Shown here in pieces: positions 14,388 to 26,719 of a stretch of 64,000 nucleotides of DNA (its first letter is position 1; each line of letters begins with the position of its first letter). The notes beneath the pieces were generated by a model that saw only the letters and a program-made list of their open reading frames with translations, did not search any database and was not told where the DNA came from. The stretch is taken from the NCBI GenBank assembly GCA_002269645.1, contig NIVC01000146.1:124001-188000 (forward strand). Reading direction: 5' to 3'. This stretch comes from Macrostomum lignano (lineage: Eukaryota). A program made the translations under genes and the position numbers.

Positions 14388-16087
14388 ATATAGAACCAAT
14401 GTTAGCTATATATGCTAACGGATGTGAAACCAACTTCAGTTAGTTTAGGAATGGCTAGCACATTCTTGAGCAAAAGAATTGCTAATATAAAGTCTGTTTC
14501 AACAACAAAGAGCAGAAATTTTAGCTCTAGGAAACGAGTTCAAGAGCAGATTTATCACGCAAGATAAGTCCATGAGGCCAGCAGTTTGCAAGCTTCCCCA
14601 AGCTGCAAGCGGCTACTGAGGGGCTGATCAGAGCAATAGCTAAAGACATGTGGTTGGCATAGATTTATTAATTATAAGCCAATACACTATGCCAAGTTCA
14701 TTAGATAGAAAGGCAATTATTTTAAAGATTTTCACAATTGGTGATCTGTTTCTTGAAGTTCTAGAACTTCCCATTTAGAACTATTTGCTTGATAACTTTT
14801 ACATTTTGTTGAGTTTAAACTTTTATTGCTAATTTTATAGGTTCTTCAATAAATGATCAATTGCTTTTGCTTTTTCAACCCAATTAAGTTAAAACTTTAG
14901 CACTAAATTCATTATATAATGGCCTATATTTCTATATTTTTTTAAGACCAATCAAACAAATGCAGAGATATAGGTATATTATCTAGCCTGGGTATTTATA
15001 TAATAAGCTATTACTTGGCCTTGGTAATGATACAGTAACTTTGGTAAAAAAAACTAGACAAAATGACAGACAAAACCATTTAATTGCTTTTTGAAGATAA
15101 ACGAATAAATGAATTTAATTTAAAATTAGGCCTATTGGAATTAGAATTGAACTTGGCCACTTAGGTCAAAATCTGAAGTGGAAGATTGAAACATTACTAT
15201 TTTTGGGTACTCTGTCACTCTTTACTTCAGTGTTTTAGGACTAGCTCACTTTAACATGCACATTTCATCCATACTATCATTGAATAGATGCATGTAATTC
15301 AGACTATACGATCATAAATAAATAAATTGGTACAATACAGTTAACATGCAGTAGGCCTATGCCCTAAAAGCCAATGGGGTAATGATGCAGTTCCTGAAAA
15401 TTTCATCAAATAAAATAAACTTATTGTACTGATGATTTGTTTGGAGCAAAAAAATCTTAACAAAACAACACATTCGTAATTGATAATTGAATCGAGCTTA
15501 GTAACGTTGGTGGTAATAGCAGTTATCACTGTGCGTGCTATGCTGCTGTATCTTGCGGTATCTGAAAAAAAGTCGTTAAATATTTTTTTGACTGCAAAGT
15601 TAAAGAGCAAAGGTCACATTTTTTAAGTAATGCTTAATATTTATTACAGTTTGTACTGTAAAATACAGTAAAAACTGATAATTAGGTTTATACTTTGTTA
15701 GGAATAATATTTGGTACTTTTTAAATTTGTGTGCCTGGTCCCTCGCTCGCATCTAACTCTAACAACAGCCAGCTAAAATATAATTTTAATTATCTATCTG
15801 GTTTTTCAATTCAGTATTCTTTTTGATATAATTTTTATTATTATTATGTATACAACCTAACAAGGAGGTTGAAATTATAATTCCTTCATTCATCCAAGAC
15901 ATCATTTCCAGTTTGTTTATTATTATTAATATAATTTAATTTTAGTATCAGTTTTATCCTGATTCGAATAATATATATAAGTTTGGAGCATACATAGACC
16001 CCCTTTTGACATTACAACATTACTTCTAAGTCTACTTAGTACCTAATAATATTAGCTATTTTCTGAGCATCAAAGCCTAGTCTAGTC

Positions 16088-16142
16088 ATGTCATCCTCTA
16101 CTAAGGAACAAGCACCAATGGTCATGGAAAGGGTTGTTCAAA
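16088..16142 (+). CDS. PPP3CA: Calcineurin A (PP2B catalytic subunit) coding exon 1a: MSSSTKEQAPMVMERVVQ. Full core model join(16088-16142, 22974-23299, 25601-25712, 27378-27523, 28292-28509, 30184-30278, 31851-31976, 32090-32167, 36611-36793, 37356-37483) = 488 aa
   Basis: ATG 16088; ERVVQ+S matches the conserved DRVVKAVPFPP; A|gtaagt phase-1 donor at 16143 fits the phase of exon 2. Confidence 0.85.
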
Positions 16143-16471
16143 GTAAGTAATAAAGTTTAAATGCATTTTTAACGTAGCGTATTTATTTTGATGTGGTTGT
16201 GGTTTTTAGTTTTAAAATACATTAAATGTATCATGTTATGTTAAAACTAAAATTTTAAAATTCATTTTTTTACTAATGCTAATTGGTATCCTAGCTTTCA
16301 ATTTTGCATCAAGCTTAAATAAAAGTATCCAAAATACCAAATGCCAGCATTATATTTTAGGTTAAATGTCAAGATGGCCATATGAAAGTAGCAATGCTAT
16401 ATAAAATAAAGGCTATCTAAAGTTTATAACTTTGAAATATTAATAGAATAGCTATATATATCAAATAACTA

Positions 16472-17338
16472 GGCAATCTTCAAGTTTCGTTTGTTAAATT
16501 ATTTTTTCAATGATTTCTGAACTATCTTGCTCTGAGATGATTATTTTCAAGCTCTCCAGTGTACCCAGCCCTTTCCTAGCTGAGAAAGTAGCAGCTTTGT
16601 TAATATTAACCTCTAAGGTACTATAAAGCCAGAAATATAAGATGCAAACAAGCAAAGCTAACATGTAACGCTGAGTACAAACAGACAGAAATAGTAACAC
16701 AGTGGGGTACAACAGGGGCAGTAGTAGCAGTCCAGTTCAGTAGCAACAGTTTAGCATATAGAACTCAATGCTTAGACATTATAGTAATGTGCGATCCAGT
16801 ATAGGATGTTCCCAAATGGATTGACAGGGTGCAGATGGTGCCATATGAACTCATAAATCCCTTGTTGTTGCCGTAATCACAGCCAGTTCCTGCATTGTCA
16901 AGGTGATGTCGCACAAAGCTGCAGCTGGTTGCACTTGTGCTACTGGTACAATAAAAGTGGGTGCCGCTGGTCGTCCTGCCATAGTATATTAGTCTTATAG
17001 TGTATTAGCTGCTTGTCTATTAACTGCTTATGATATTACTCCATGCCACTCCTAAAGCTGCGTACAGTAGCATCTTTATTCCCCATAGACGTTCTTTGCT
17101 AAAATGCCACGTCAGTGAAAGCCACGTCATCATTACGTTACCATAATATGGGCCATAGACATTCCTTTGCCTACCAATGGCTTTACGGTACATTAGATAT
17201 ATAATATTAACAAAACCGCTACTTTCTCAACTAGGAAAGAGCTGGGTACACTGGAGAACTCGAAAATAATCATCTCAGAGCAAGATAGTTCAGAAATCAT
17301 TGAAAAAATAATTTAATGAACAAAACTTGAAGATTGCC
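16472..17338. mobile_element. Long-TIR non-autonomous DNA transposon (Mutator-like/foldback), 867 bp
   Basis: ~137-bp inverted arms 16472-16608 and 17202-17338 with 9 differences; termini GGC...GCC; 7-bp direct flanks ATAACTA (16465-16471, 17339-17345). Superfamily is inferred. Confidence 0.8.
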
Positions 17339-17847
17339 ATAACTATTGTCTATTGTATTGAATATATGGCCTGCTAAGCCTTTCTATCTAGCTTTTTAAT
17401 GCTTTGAAACTTATTAACAATCTTATCTACTCAAAGTTTGTGTCTTTTAGCCTCTTTTCTCTAATCTCCTTTTTCTTTCCATTTTTCTTCTCTTTTCTTT
17501 TCTCTTTTCTTTCTCCTTTTCTTTTCTCTTTTCTCTTTTCTTTTTTTTTCTTTCTCTTCTTTCCCTTTTCCTACTCTTGCTTTTTTTCTTTCTTTTCTCC
17601 TCTATTCTATCTCTTTTCTCTTACTTGGCTTGCACTTATCATAAGATCTAGGGTGTAGGTTATTATTGGTAATAGAAATTTTGGCTACAAGTTGCTTTTT
17701 TGACAAACACACTTTGTCTTTAATAAAAAGGGAATATTTAGTTAGTGGCCATTTTAGTGATCGGCATTTTATATATATCAGTTTTTAGCTACTTTGGTAA
17801 AGTTTATATTTTTTGTTTTCAAAATTCTATCAAAAGATCAATTAGTC

Positions 17848-18036
17848 TAGGGGCATAGCCAGGAATTTCCTACAGGGAGATACACCAAAGTGAATTTTCT
17901 ATGGGGGGGATACACCAAGGTAAAAGTGCTATGACAGTCACGTTGTAGCATGTATAGCAACAAAGGGCAACAAAAAAGTTTTGGTCAGGCTCTTTGGGGG
18001 ATACATCCCCCTATCCCCCTCCTCCCTATACCCCTG
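17848..18036. mobile_element. Short hAT-type MITE, 189 bp
   Basis: Imperfect TIRs TAGGGGCATAG / CTATACCCCTG; perfect 8-bp TSD AATTAGTC (17840-17847, 18037-18044). Confidence 0.8.
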
Positions 18037-18805
18037 AATTAGTCCTTTGTTAAAATTAAAGGACTTATTGAATAAAACTGTTTGACAATTGCTATTGCCT
18101 ATTAATAGAATTGTTATTAAATAAATAAATTAAACTGATATGTTTCTTTACTTTTGTACATATCATACTTAGAAGGTTCTTATAATGAAATGCATATCAA
18201 GAAAAGCATAAGAAATATTCATGGGAGCTAGCAAATGTACATTGTGAAAGATTGCAACAATTTCATTATAGAAAATAAACAAAATAAAATGTAGTATTAT
18301 TTAAACAGTTTAGCAAACCTCTAAATAAAAACTATAAACTTCCAAGCTTTTCACTCAATATATATTTTTAATTAAAACAACAATCATCAAAGCATCTTGT
18401 CTTGTTATCAAAATGACTTTTGCTTGTTGCGAAAACAATTGTCACCAAAATTTCTTGTTATTGAAATAACTGTAATAAATATTCTAGATTTTCTATTTGG
18501 GCCTTGAAGTAAAAAGTTCACAAAAAGTTAAAAGAATGATTTTAATTTGCTTAAAAAATAGGTTTTTTACTTTCTACTTTATTGGTTAATAGTTCTTTTT
18601 TTCTATTCAAAGCCACCTGAAAATCGTAATAATATACTTAGAAAAAACCTAGAAAATGAAAAGTGTGTAGACACTTTAGATTTATGGCCATTTGGCATAT
18701 GGCTAATCTGTTGCATGGTTGCCAACTTTGTATAGCCATTTTAATATATGGCATAGTTTTAAATTTTATGTGTCATCTCAGTTATTTTTATACATAGAGC
18801 TGATA

Positions 18806-19661
18806 AGTTGCTGTGGATGGTAGCAATTGATGGAGCTGATGCTGTATCTACTGGTTGCTGTGGATGGTAGCAATTGATGGAGCTGATGCTGTATCTACTG
18901 GTTGCTGTGGATGGTAGCAATTGATGGAGCTGATGCTGTATCTACTGGTTGCTGTGGATAGTAGCAATTGATGGAGCTGATGCTGTATCTACTGGTTGCT
19001 GTGGATGGTAGCAATTGATGGAGCTGATGCTGTATCTATTGGTTGCTGTGGATGGTAGCAATTGATGGAGCTGATGCTGTATCTACTGGTTGCTGTGGAT
19101 GGTAGCAATTGAGGATGGAGCTGATGCTGTATCTACTGGTTGCTGTGGATAGTAGCAATTGATGGAGCTGATGCTGTATCTACTGGTTGCTGTGGATGGT
19201 AGCAATTGATGGATGGAGCTGATGCTGTATCTACTGGTTGCTGTGGATGGTAGCAATTGAGGATGGAGCTGATGCTGTATCTACTGGTTGCTGTGGATGG
19301 TAGCAATTGATGGATGGAGCTGATGCTGTATCTACTGGTTGCTGTGGATGGTAGCAATTGATGGAGCTGATGCTGTATCTACTGGTTGCTGTGGATGGTA
19401 GCAATTGATGGAGCTGATGCTGTATCTACTGGTTGCTGTGGATGGTAGCAATTGAGGATGGAGCTGATGCTGTATCTACTGGTTGCTGTGGATGGTAGCA
19501 ATTGAGGATGGAGCTGATGCTGTATCTACTGGTTGCTGTGGATGGTGGCAATTGAGGATGGAGCTGATGCTGTATCTACTGGTTGCTGTGGATGGTAGCA
19601 ATTGAGGATGGAGCTGATGCTGTATCTACTGGTTGCTGTGGATGGTGGCAATTGAGGATGG
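18806..19661. repeat. 47-bp minisatellite (GATGGAGCTGATGCTGTATCTACTGGTTGCTGTGGATGGTAGCAATT), with +3/+4 variants
   Basis: About 18 copies in calcineurin intron 1. Confidence 0.97.
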
Positions 19662-21133
19662 ATCAGTTTTTAAGTGACACGTGTCTCAAGCCACTCAAGT
19701 ACAAATATTCGCTGGTACTCCTCCCCAACCACCGCCTTTCCCGAGCTGGTCAAGTGGAAGAGAACTTGGCTAGCAGTCGATAAATAGCTGCAATGGCTGG
19801 TGCCCAATTGATGAGTGCGCCAGCTGCTGCTCAGCTGAGAAGCTCAGTAGGTGGGCAGGCGATGCCGGCGTCTTTAACACCAGGCCAGCTCAACAGCACT
19901 CGGTGGGGGGGGGGAGTTTTTCCCCTCCGCTTCTCCCATTTCAAAAATCCTTTGCCCAGTTATTGCTCCGGCTCTGTTTCCTGAATCTCCTTTCTCTCTC
20001 TCTCGCCCGCATCGCGCCGCAGTTCACCGCCTCCTCCTCCCGTTTCCCTTGGGGAGGACGCGGCTCAATTTCTTATTTCTCGCCCGACGCCGCCTGCTGC
20101 GGGCTTGGCGTCTCTCTCCGCATAAGAAAGCGAATTTCGCCCAGCCCGCTCCATTCCTCTGTCTAACACATTTCTTCAATCTATCAAACAGCCCTAGACC
20201 GAGTTCATACTTAGGAATTCAAAAAAATATATTAGTACGCAGCCCAGCTTGAGACTACTTGACTGAGTCGACTCTAGTTTTCTTAGGTTTAGAAATTAGA
20301 AATTTTGAGAACCGATCATGATTGGATTCGGCTTGTGCAGGGATGGGAATGCTGAGTGTACTTGTTGCACTTGATAAATTATCCACCTTGCCCCTAGCTG
20401 CTCCTCAGCACTTCAGTAGTCCCCCCTGCTAATCTTGTCTAATTGCATTGAATTACCGGCAGAGAGACAGGGCTATGATAGATAGAAGCCATGCAGTTCT
20501 GCTTTTGACAATGCCATTCTTAAAACACGATTGGCCTGTTTGGCCGGATCGATATGAAACACCTCCTATCTTATCTTGGCTTCCCCCTCCTCCTCTTCCC
20601 CGACTGCTCCCTCAATTCTCTCTCCCAGCCTCTCATCGCCATCTTTCCCTCCCGCCGTGTTCTTGATTGCTATTTGGCCTTAATTTCGGATACGTAGCGC
20701 GCTGTGCCTGTAGCAGAAATGAACACATTTTTGGTAATGGTAATCAGCGACTGATTCCTCCGCATGCCGGAGAGGCACAGGGCTTAGGAATAACCCTCCC
20801 ACATGGCTTATTTTCATCTTGAGCGGACGAGAGGGTCTAGAAGGACTGAAAGGGAGAGAAAATTGCGCGTCACGTGACAACAATTGCTGGATTGGATAAA
20901 TATGATGACTGAAATGCAAGCCAGTAATGGCTCATTTGCTTAGGAACACTTGCAAGCTTTGCGAGTGCAATAACACGGGCTTCGGGTGGATGTACTTTAA
21001 TCGTCGCATATCTATTTCACTTTCCTGTGCCGTCCTAGTCCAGGCCAGTTTGGTCCTTAGCAACAGTGTTCTATTTATTTCTGCATAGCCCATGTATAGG
21101 CTTTATTTTGCACTCAACGAGAACGAGAGGAAA

Positions 21134-21167
21134 ATGGGGGGTGTAGCTAAGCAGAGTGCCAACTGTA
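21134..21167 (+). CDS. PPP3CA: Candidate alternative calcineurin A first coding exon 1b: MGGVAKQSANC(S)
   Basis: aaaATGG context; A|GTAAGT phase-1 donor at 21168, in frame with exon 2. No homology or transcript support. Confidence 0.4.
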
Positions 21168-21429
21168 GTAAGTTTAAAGGAGGGGGAATGAGAGTCCATA
21201 AAGAGCACGCTTGGCTATAGAGAGAATATACGCTATTAGAGAAGGAACAAACGAGTTATACAAGATTCTGAGAGTTAATAGAGAAGGTGGGATTTAGCGA
21301 AAATGAGAGTGATAAAGGGTGAATGGGAGTGGATGAAAGTGAATAGGAATGTCGAGTAATAGGGAATAGAGGGTGAAGGATAGTGGATTTAGAGAGTGAG
21401 AAGACTGACTATGAGTAGAGGGGCGAGAG

Positions 21430-21790
21430 TGAATCGGAATATGTTGAGAGTAAAAAGAGAAGGCGTGAGAGGATATAGAGAGTGTGAGAGTGAATAAAGA
21501 GGGTGTGAGAGTGAATAGAGAGGGTGAGAGTGAATGGAGATATGTTGAGAGTGAATAGAAAAGGTAAGAGTGAATGAAGACATACTGAGAGTGAATACAG
21601 AGGGTTAAGAGTGAATAGAGGGTATGAGAGTGAATGAAAATGGTGTGAGAGTGAATAGAGAGGGTGTGAGAGTGAATATAGAGGGGGTGAGAGTGAATAA
21701 AGAAGGTGTGAGAGTGAATAAAGAAGCTGTGAGAGTGAATAGAGAGGGTTGGGAGTGAATAGAGAGTGTAAAGGGTGAATGGAGAGACTG
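21430..21790. repeat. Degenerate ~21-bp repeat (GAGAGTGAATAGAGAGGGTGT)
   Basis: Diverged tandem copies. Confidence 0.8.
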
Positions 21791-22209
21791 AGAGTTTTTG
21801 GAATTGTATGATTTTTACAGAACAGAGTAGAAAGGTTTGCTTTTGTTTAAGTAGGGAACCATTTGAATATGTATCCAATTGAATTCTGACCTTACCCTTT
21901 TCAACTAGCTATTGTGTTAAGCTATAGACTGTTACAATAATACATTCATGTACATGTATGTGCGCAATCCACGGCTGTGCTCTAGGTGGCCGCGCTTTTC
22001 CAGCGCACCTGCAGCTGTATGCTGGGTGAGATTCGGCTCTCAAAGTTAACCTTTTGCCGACTACCTTTAGATTGGCCTCACGAACTTATTAGTGAAAAAC
22101 ATTGCGTTTGGTTTGATTAGCTCACACTGTGGCCTCTAGACTGGCCTGCTCAATTGTACTACTTTTTTTCACTTTGGGTTTCTTGTAGTGATTCACTGTG
22201 ACCTAAACC

Positions 22210-22795
22210 CAGTCACTGATCTGAGTGATCTCCATCCATTACTGATCCCAGTCACTTACCGATTCCCATCCCCATTACTGATCTTCTCCATCTATCACTG
22301 ATCCCATCACTGATCCCCATCTATCACTCATCCCAGTCACTGATCCTAATCTATCACTCATCCCAGTCACTGATCCCCATCCATCACTCATCCCATCACT
22401 GATCCCAGTCACTGATCCCTATCTATCACTGATCTCATCACTGATCCCATCACTGATCCTTGTTACTAATCCCCGATCTATACTGATCCCCGATCTATAC
22501 TGATCCCCGATCTATACTGATCCCCATCTATTACTGATCCTAGTCACTGATCTCAAGTCACTCATCCCCATCTACCACTGATCGCAGTCACTGATCCCCA
22601 TCTATCACTGATCCCAGTCACTGATCCCCATCTATCACTGATCCCAGTCACTGATCCCCATCTATCACTGATCCCAAGTCCTCATCCTCATCTATCACCG
22701 ATCGCAGTCACTGATTCCCATCTATCACTGATCCCAGTCACTGATCCCCATCAATCACTGATCCCAGTCACTGATCCCCATCAATCACTGATCCC
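22210..22795. repeat. Composite 13/17-bp minisatellite (CACTGATCCC-AGT / CACTGATCCC-CATCTAT)
   Basis: Tandem copies, often as 30-bp dimers. Confidence 0.9.
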
Positions 22796-22973
22796 TCAAT
22801 TTCTGCAATCCAATCCCAGCGCATCGTACTGGTGCATTAATTTCAAATCCTAATTTGTATTAACTGATTTCTAGACCGGAATCCCGCCTCTTTGAAACAA
22901 GCCGTTTCCTGTGCATCAGCAAATTAATAGGAATCATTCATCATTATTAACAGAATTCAATCTCTCCCCACAG

Positions 22974-23299
22974 GCGTACCTTTCCCGCCTTCGCACCGGC
23001 TGACCTCCGACGAAGTTTTCGACGCCAAAGGCCGGCCAAACGCTGCCCGTTTAAAAGAGCACTTCACTTTGGAGGGCCGCCTCACTGAGGAGGCCGCGCT
23101 GCGTCTGCTGCGCGACGGCGCGGCCCTGCTGCGCCAGGAGAAGACAATGCTGGAGATTGACGCGCCAGTGACCGTCTGCGGCGACATTCACGGCCAGTTC
23201 TTCGACCTCATGAAGCTGTTCGAGGTTGGCGGCTCGCCCGCCACTACGCGTTACCTCTTCCTGGGCGACTATGTTGATCGCGGCTACTTCAGTATTGAG
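22974..23299 (+). CDS. PPP3CA: Calcineurin A exon 2 (VPFPPSHRL...GDIHGQ...[12 protein letters not shown])
   Basis: cacag|GC at 22974; GAG|gtaggg at 23300; PPP motifs GDIHG and GDYVDRG. Confidence 0.97.
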
Positions 23300-23319
23300 G
23301 TAGGGTGGGGTGGTGTGGT

Positions 23320-23826
23320 GGGGCGGCAGGGTGGTGTGGCTGTTAGTGTCAGGAGTAGTGCGGTAGGGTAGTGTGGCTGTTAGTGTCAGTGGTAGTGCGG
23401 TAGGGTGGTGTGGCTGTTAGTGTCAGGAGTAGTGCGGTAGGGTGGTGTGGCTGTTAGTGTCAGGAGTAGTGCGGTAGGGTGGTGTGGCTGTTAGTGTCAG
23501 GAATAGTGGTGTGGGTGTTAGTGTCAGGAGTAGTGCGGTAGGGTGGTGTGGCTGTTAGTGTCAGTGGTAGTGGGGTAGGGTGGTGTGGCTGTTAGTGTCA
23601 GTGGTAGTGCGGTAGGGTGGTGTGGCTGTTAGTGTCAGGAGTATTGCGGTAGGGTGGTGTGGCTGTTAGTGTCAGGAGTAGTGCGGTAGGGTGGTGTGGC
23701 TGTTAGTGTCAGGAGTAGTGCGGTAGGGTGGTGTGGCTGTTAGTGTCAGGAGTAGTGCGGTAGGGTAGTGTGGCTGTTAGTGTCAGTGGTAGTGCGGTAG
23801 GGTGGTGTGGCTGTTAGTGTCAGGAG
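23320..23826. repeat. 37-bp G-rich minisatellite (GGTAGGGTGGTGTGGCTGTTAGTGTCAGGAGTAGTGC)
   Basis: About 13 copies starting just after the exon-2 donor. Confidence 0.95.
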
Positions 23827-24217
23827 TAATTCGGATGCAGTAATTTCTGTCTCATATCATTCTGTTTATGAGGCAGTCACTTTAATAAGTTTCTGCAGGC
23901 AATAATAATATCAAGTGCGAAGTTTTATAAATCTTTGCATCTCAAGTGGCTTGAAAACTGCAATGAATGGCAATTTCAACTTTTTGTTGGAGGACAGGCA
24001 GGAGGAGGCGAGGGTCGGGCGAGGCCTGGGAACGCTGGCTGACTGTCGCCTTCCCTTCCTCTTTCTATCCTTCTCTTCCCCTTTGCTCCTGGCGTCCCCT
24101 TTTTGGTAGAATGGGTGGCTACGGACTATTGAAGGGGGCGCAGAGAAGCAGAAATGGAAGATAGGGAAAAGAGACGGCTTGATTTGTGCAAGCGAGTTGG
24201 CATGGCCTGGAGTGGCA

Positions 24218-24250
<33 letters not shown>

Positions 24251-24609
24251 ATACAAGGGGCAAACAACTGCTTCCTGTATGGCACGCAGTCCCCCCCCCT
24301 ATCCTCGCCCTGCGGGAGATAATGCGAGGAAGCCGGCACTGCAACGCGCTGAATGACCAGCCGAAAGTTCATATTAACTTGAAGAAGAGTGCACGACAGG
24401 GTTTTGTGCCGCTGGGAAAATTGTTTTTTTTGGGGGGGGCGGGTAGCCGAGAGATTCTGTTTTAACTGCTGGGTGAATCCAGTCTTGAGTCGCTATACAA
24501 TGAGCAGTTTGAATTCCGTGATCAGCTAGATTTTATTTATGGCTTTTCATAGTCCATTTTAAATTACGGCTCGTAATTAATTCACATCCCTTTAAGATGA
24601 GAAGGAGGG

Positions 24610-25445
24610 TTAGAGTAGGAAATGACGAGGGAGGGTTTGAGAGTAGGGGGATAAGGGAGGGTATGAGAGTAGGGGAGATGAGGGAGGGTGTGAGAGTAGG
24701 GGAGATTAGGGAGGGTTTAAGAATAGGTGAGATGAGGGAGGGTGTGAGAGTAGGGAAGATGAGGGAGGGTGTGAGAGTAGGGAGATGAGGGAGGGTATGA
24801 GAGTAGGGGAGATGAGAGGGAGAGTGTAAGGACAGGTGGTGATGAGAGGAAGTTTGTAAGGACAGGTAGAGATGAAAGGGATTGTGTAAGGACAGATGGA
24901 GATGAGAGGGAGAGTGTAAGGACAGGTAGAAATGAGAGGGAGGGTGTAAGGACAGGTGGAGATGAGAGGGAGTTTGTAAGGACAGGTAGAGATGAGAGGG
25001 AGAGTGTAAGGACAGGTAGAGATGAGAGGGAGGGTGTAAAGACAGGTGGAGATGAGAGGGAGTTTGTAAGGACAGGTAGAGATGAGAGGGAGTTTGTAAG
25101 GACAGGTAGAGATGAGAGGGAGTTTGTAAGGACAGGTGGAGATGAGAGGGAGAGTGTAAAGACAGGTGGAGATGAGAGGGAGTTTGTAAGGACAGGTGGA
25201 GATGAGAGGGAGTTTGTAAGGACAGGTGGAGATGAGAGGGAGTGTGTAAGGACAGGTGGAGATGAGAGGGAGTTTGTAAGGACAGGTGGAGATGAGAGGG
25301 AGTTTGTAAGGACAGGTGGAGATGAGAGGGAGTGTGTAAGGACAGGTGGAGATGAGAGGGAGTGTGTAAGGACAGGTGGAGATGAGAGGGAGGGTGTAAG
25401 GACAGGTGGAGATGAGAGGGAGGGTGTAAGGACAGGTGAAGATGA
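24610..25445. repeat. 30-bp purine-rich minisatellite (AAGGACAGGTGGAGATGAGAGGGAGTTTGT), with a diverged 5' part
   Basis: Tandem copies in intron 2. Confidence 0.93.
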
Positions 25446-25600
25446 TAGGCGAGGTGAATTATTAAAGCAGGAGTTGAGACAGGGTAGTGAGGAAGGTTCA
25501 GGCTTACATGTAGTGAGCTTATTAAGTGGGAAGCTTTAGTGAGCTCTGTTTGTACATCTCATTCATGTATATCCATTTTTCCAAAACAATCCCCTTCCAG

Positions 25601-25712
25601 TGCGTGTTGTACTTGTGGGCGCTGAAACTTCTGCACAATGGGACATTCTTCCTGCTGCGAGGGAACCACGAGTGCCGCCACTTGACCGAGTACTTCACCT
25701 TTAAGCAGGAGT
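25601..25712 (+). CDS. PPP3CA: Calcineurin A exon 3 (CVLYLWALK...[19 protein letters not shown])
   Basis: ttccag|TGC at 25601; T|gtaagt at 25713; GNHE motif. Confidence 0.97.
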
Positions 25713-25984
25713 GTAAGTTAGCGCGGTGTCCCGTGCTGTTTTTGTCGCATTTGTTTATCTCTGCATATTAGATATTTTTTCTAACAGCCGTAGCGCGCGT
25801 GTCTTCGCATAAGGGCAGTGGGATTTTCGCTCCTCTGCTTACCGAATCTCGGATAGTGTGTTTTAGGACTAAGATAGGCTGCAATCTGCTATTTTTTCTA
25901 TCTCGGGGGGGCAAAGGATTAAGAGTCTTCTGCATTGCACGCGATTCCTACGGTTGCGGCAGGCAACGAATCGGGACATTATGG

Positions 25985-26242
25985 AGGCGCCAATGTAGAT
26001 ATAGGGGCGCCAAGGTAGATATGGGGGCGCTAAGGTAGATATAGGGGCGCCAAGGTAGATATGGGGGCGCTAAGGTAGATATTGGGGCGCCAAGGTAGAT
26101 ATGGGGGCGCTAAGGTAGATATGGGGGCGCTAAGGTAGATATTGGGGCGCCAAGGTAGATATGGGGGCGCCAAAGTAGATGTGGGGGCGCCAACGTAGAT
26201 ATGGGGGCGCCAACGTAGATATGGGGGCGCCAACGTAGATAT
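25985..26242. repeat. 20-bp minisatellite (GGGGCGCCAAGGTAGATATG)
   Basis: About 12 copies. Confidence 0.95.
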
Positions 26243-26719
26243 AAGCAGAAATTGTGGGGCCAAAGTAAGCATTCAGGGGGAGGTGAAACTGTTGCCATGG
26301 GAAGCTGAAAAACTGGATTTGCTGGCCCCGAATCAGTCGCATAACAGACGCTGTGACGCCAAATTGAATGGGCGCCCAGACCATTTATTGCGGACATTGG
26401 CACTTACAGTATTCTCAAAGTCTAATGCCGGCTGCGATCCCATCTGTATCAACAAGGCTGCGAATATCTCTTTGAGTTTAGCCTGCTAGCATATAATAAG
26501 AATGACTGCCTTTTTAGTATTCTTTGATTAAGTTTGCTGGACCCACCCTGCTGCTGCCTCACGACTTCCTGCCTAACTGGCTCATTATCCCTGCGCACCC
26601 ATATCGCTGTTGGCGTTAATTTCCTGCTTAACTAGTCTTTTCAATTGAATCTTCTCTGCCCTCTACCCGCCTGAGTCTGGAAGATTGAGTTCTCTCTCTC
26701 TCCCTCTCTCTGTCCCGGT

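Noticed and set aside
15341-15610. 89-aa minus-strand ORF with a faint likeness to a hAT dimerisation region
   Set aside because: AT-rich, lacks the diagnostic residues, and similarity is too weak to claim
18806-19661. Regularly spaced repeats (here and at 30293-31740, 32695-34866, 39155-39695) as possible CRISPR arrays
   Set aside because: Units are head-to-tail with no unique spacers, there are no cas genes, and the context is a spliced eukaryotic genome
22019-22025. Third possible calcineurin first exon (ATG CTG G|GTGAGA, phase 1)
   Set aside because: Only two codons and a poor initiation context; could easily be chance
23911-24465. Poly-Cys (plus) and poly-Ala (minus) ORFs in calcineurin intron 2
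   Set aside because: Produced by a (CTG)n trinucleotide run; no splice signals or coding bias support either frame
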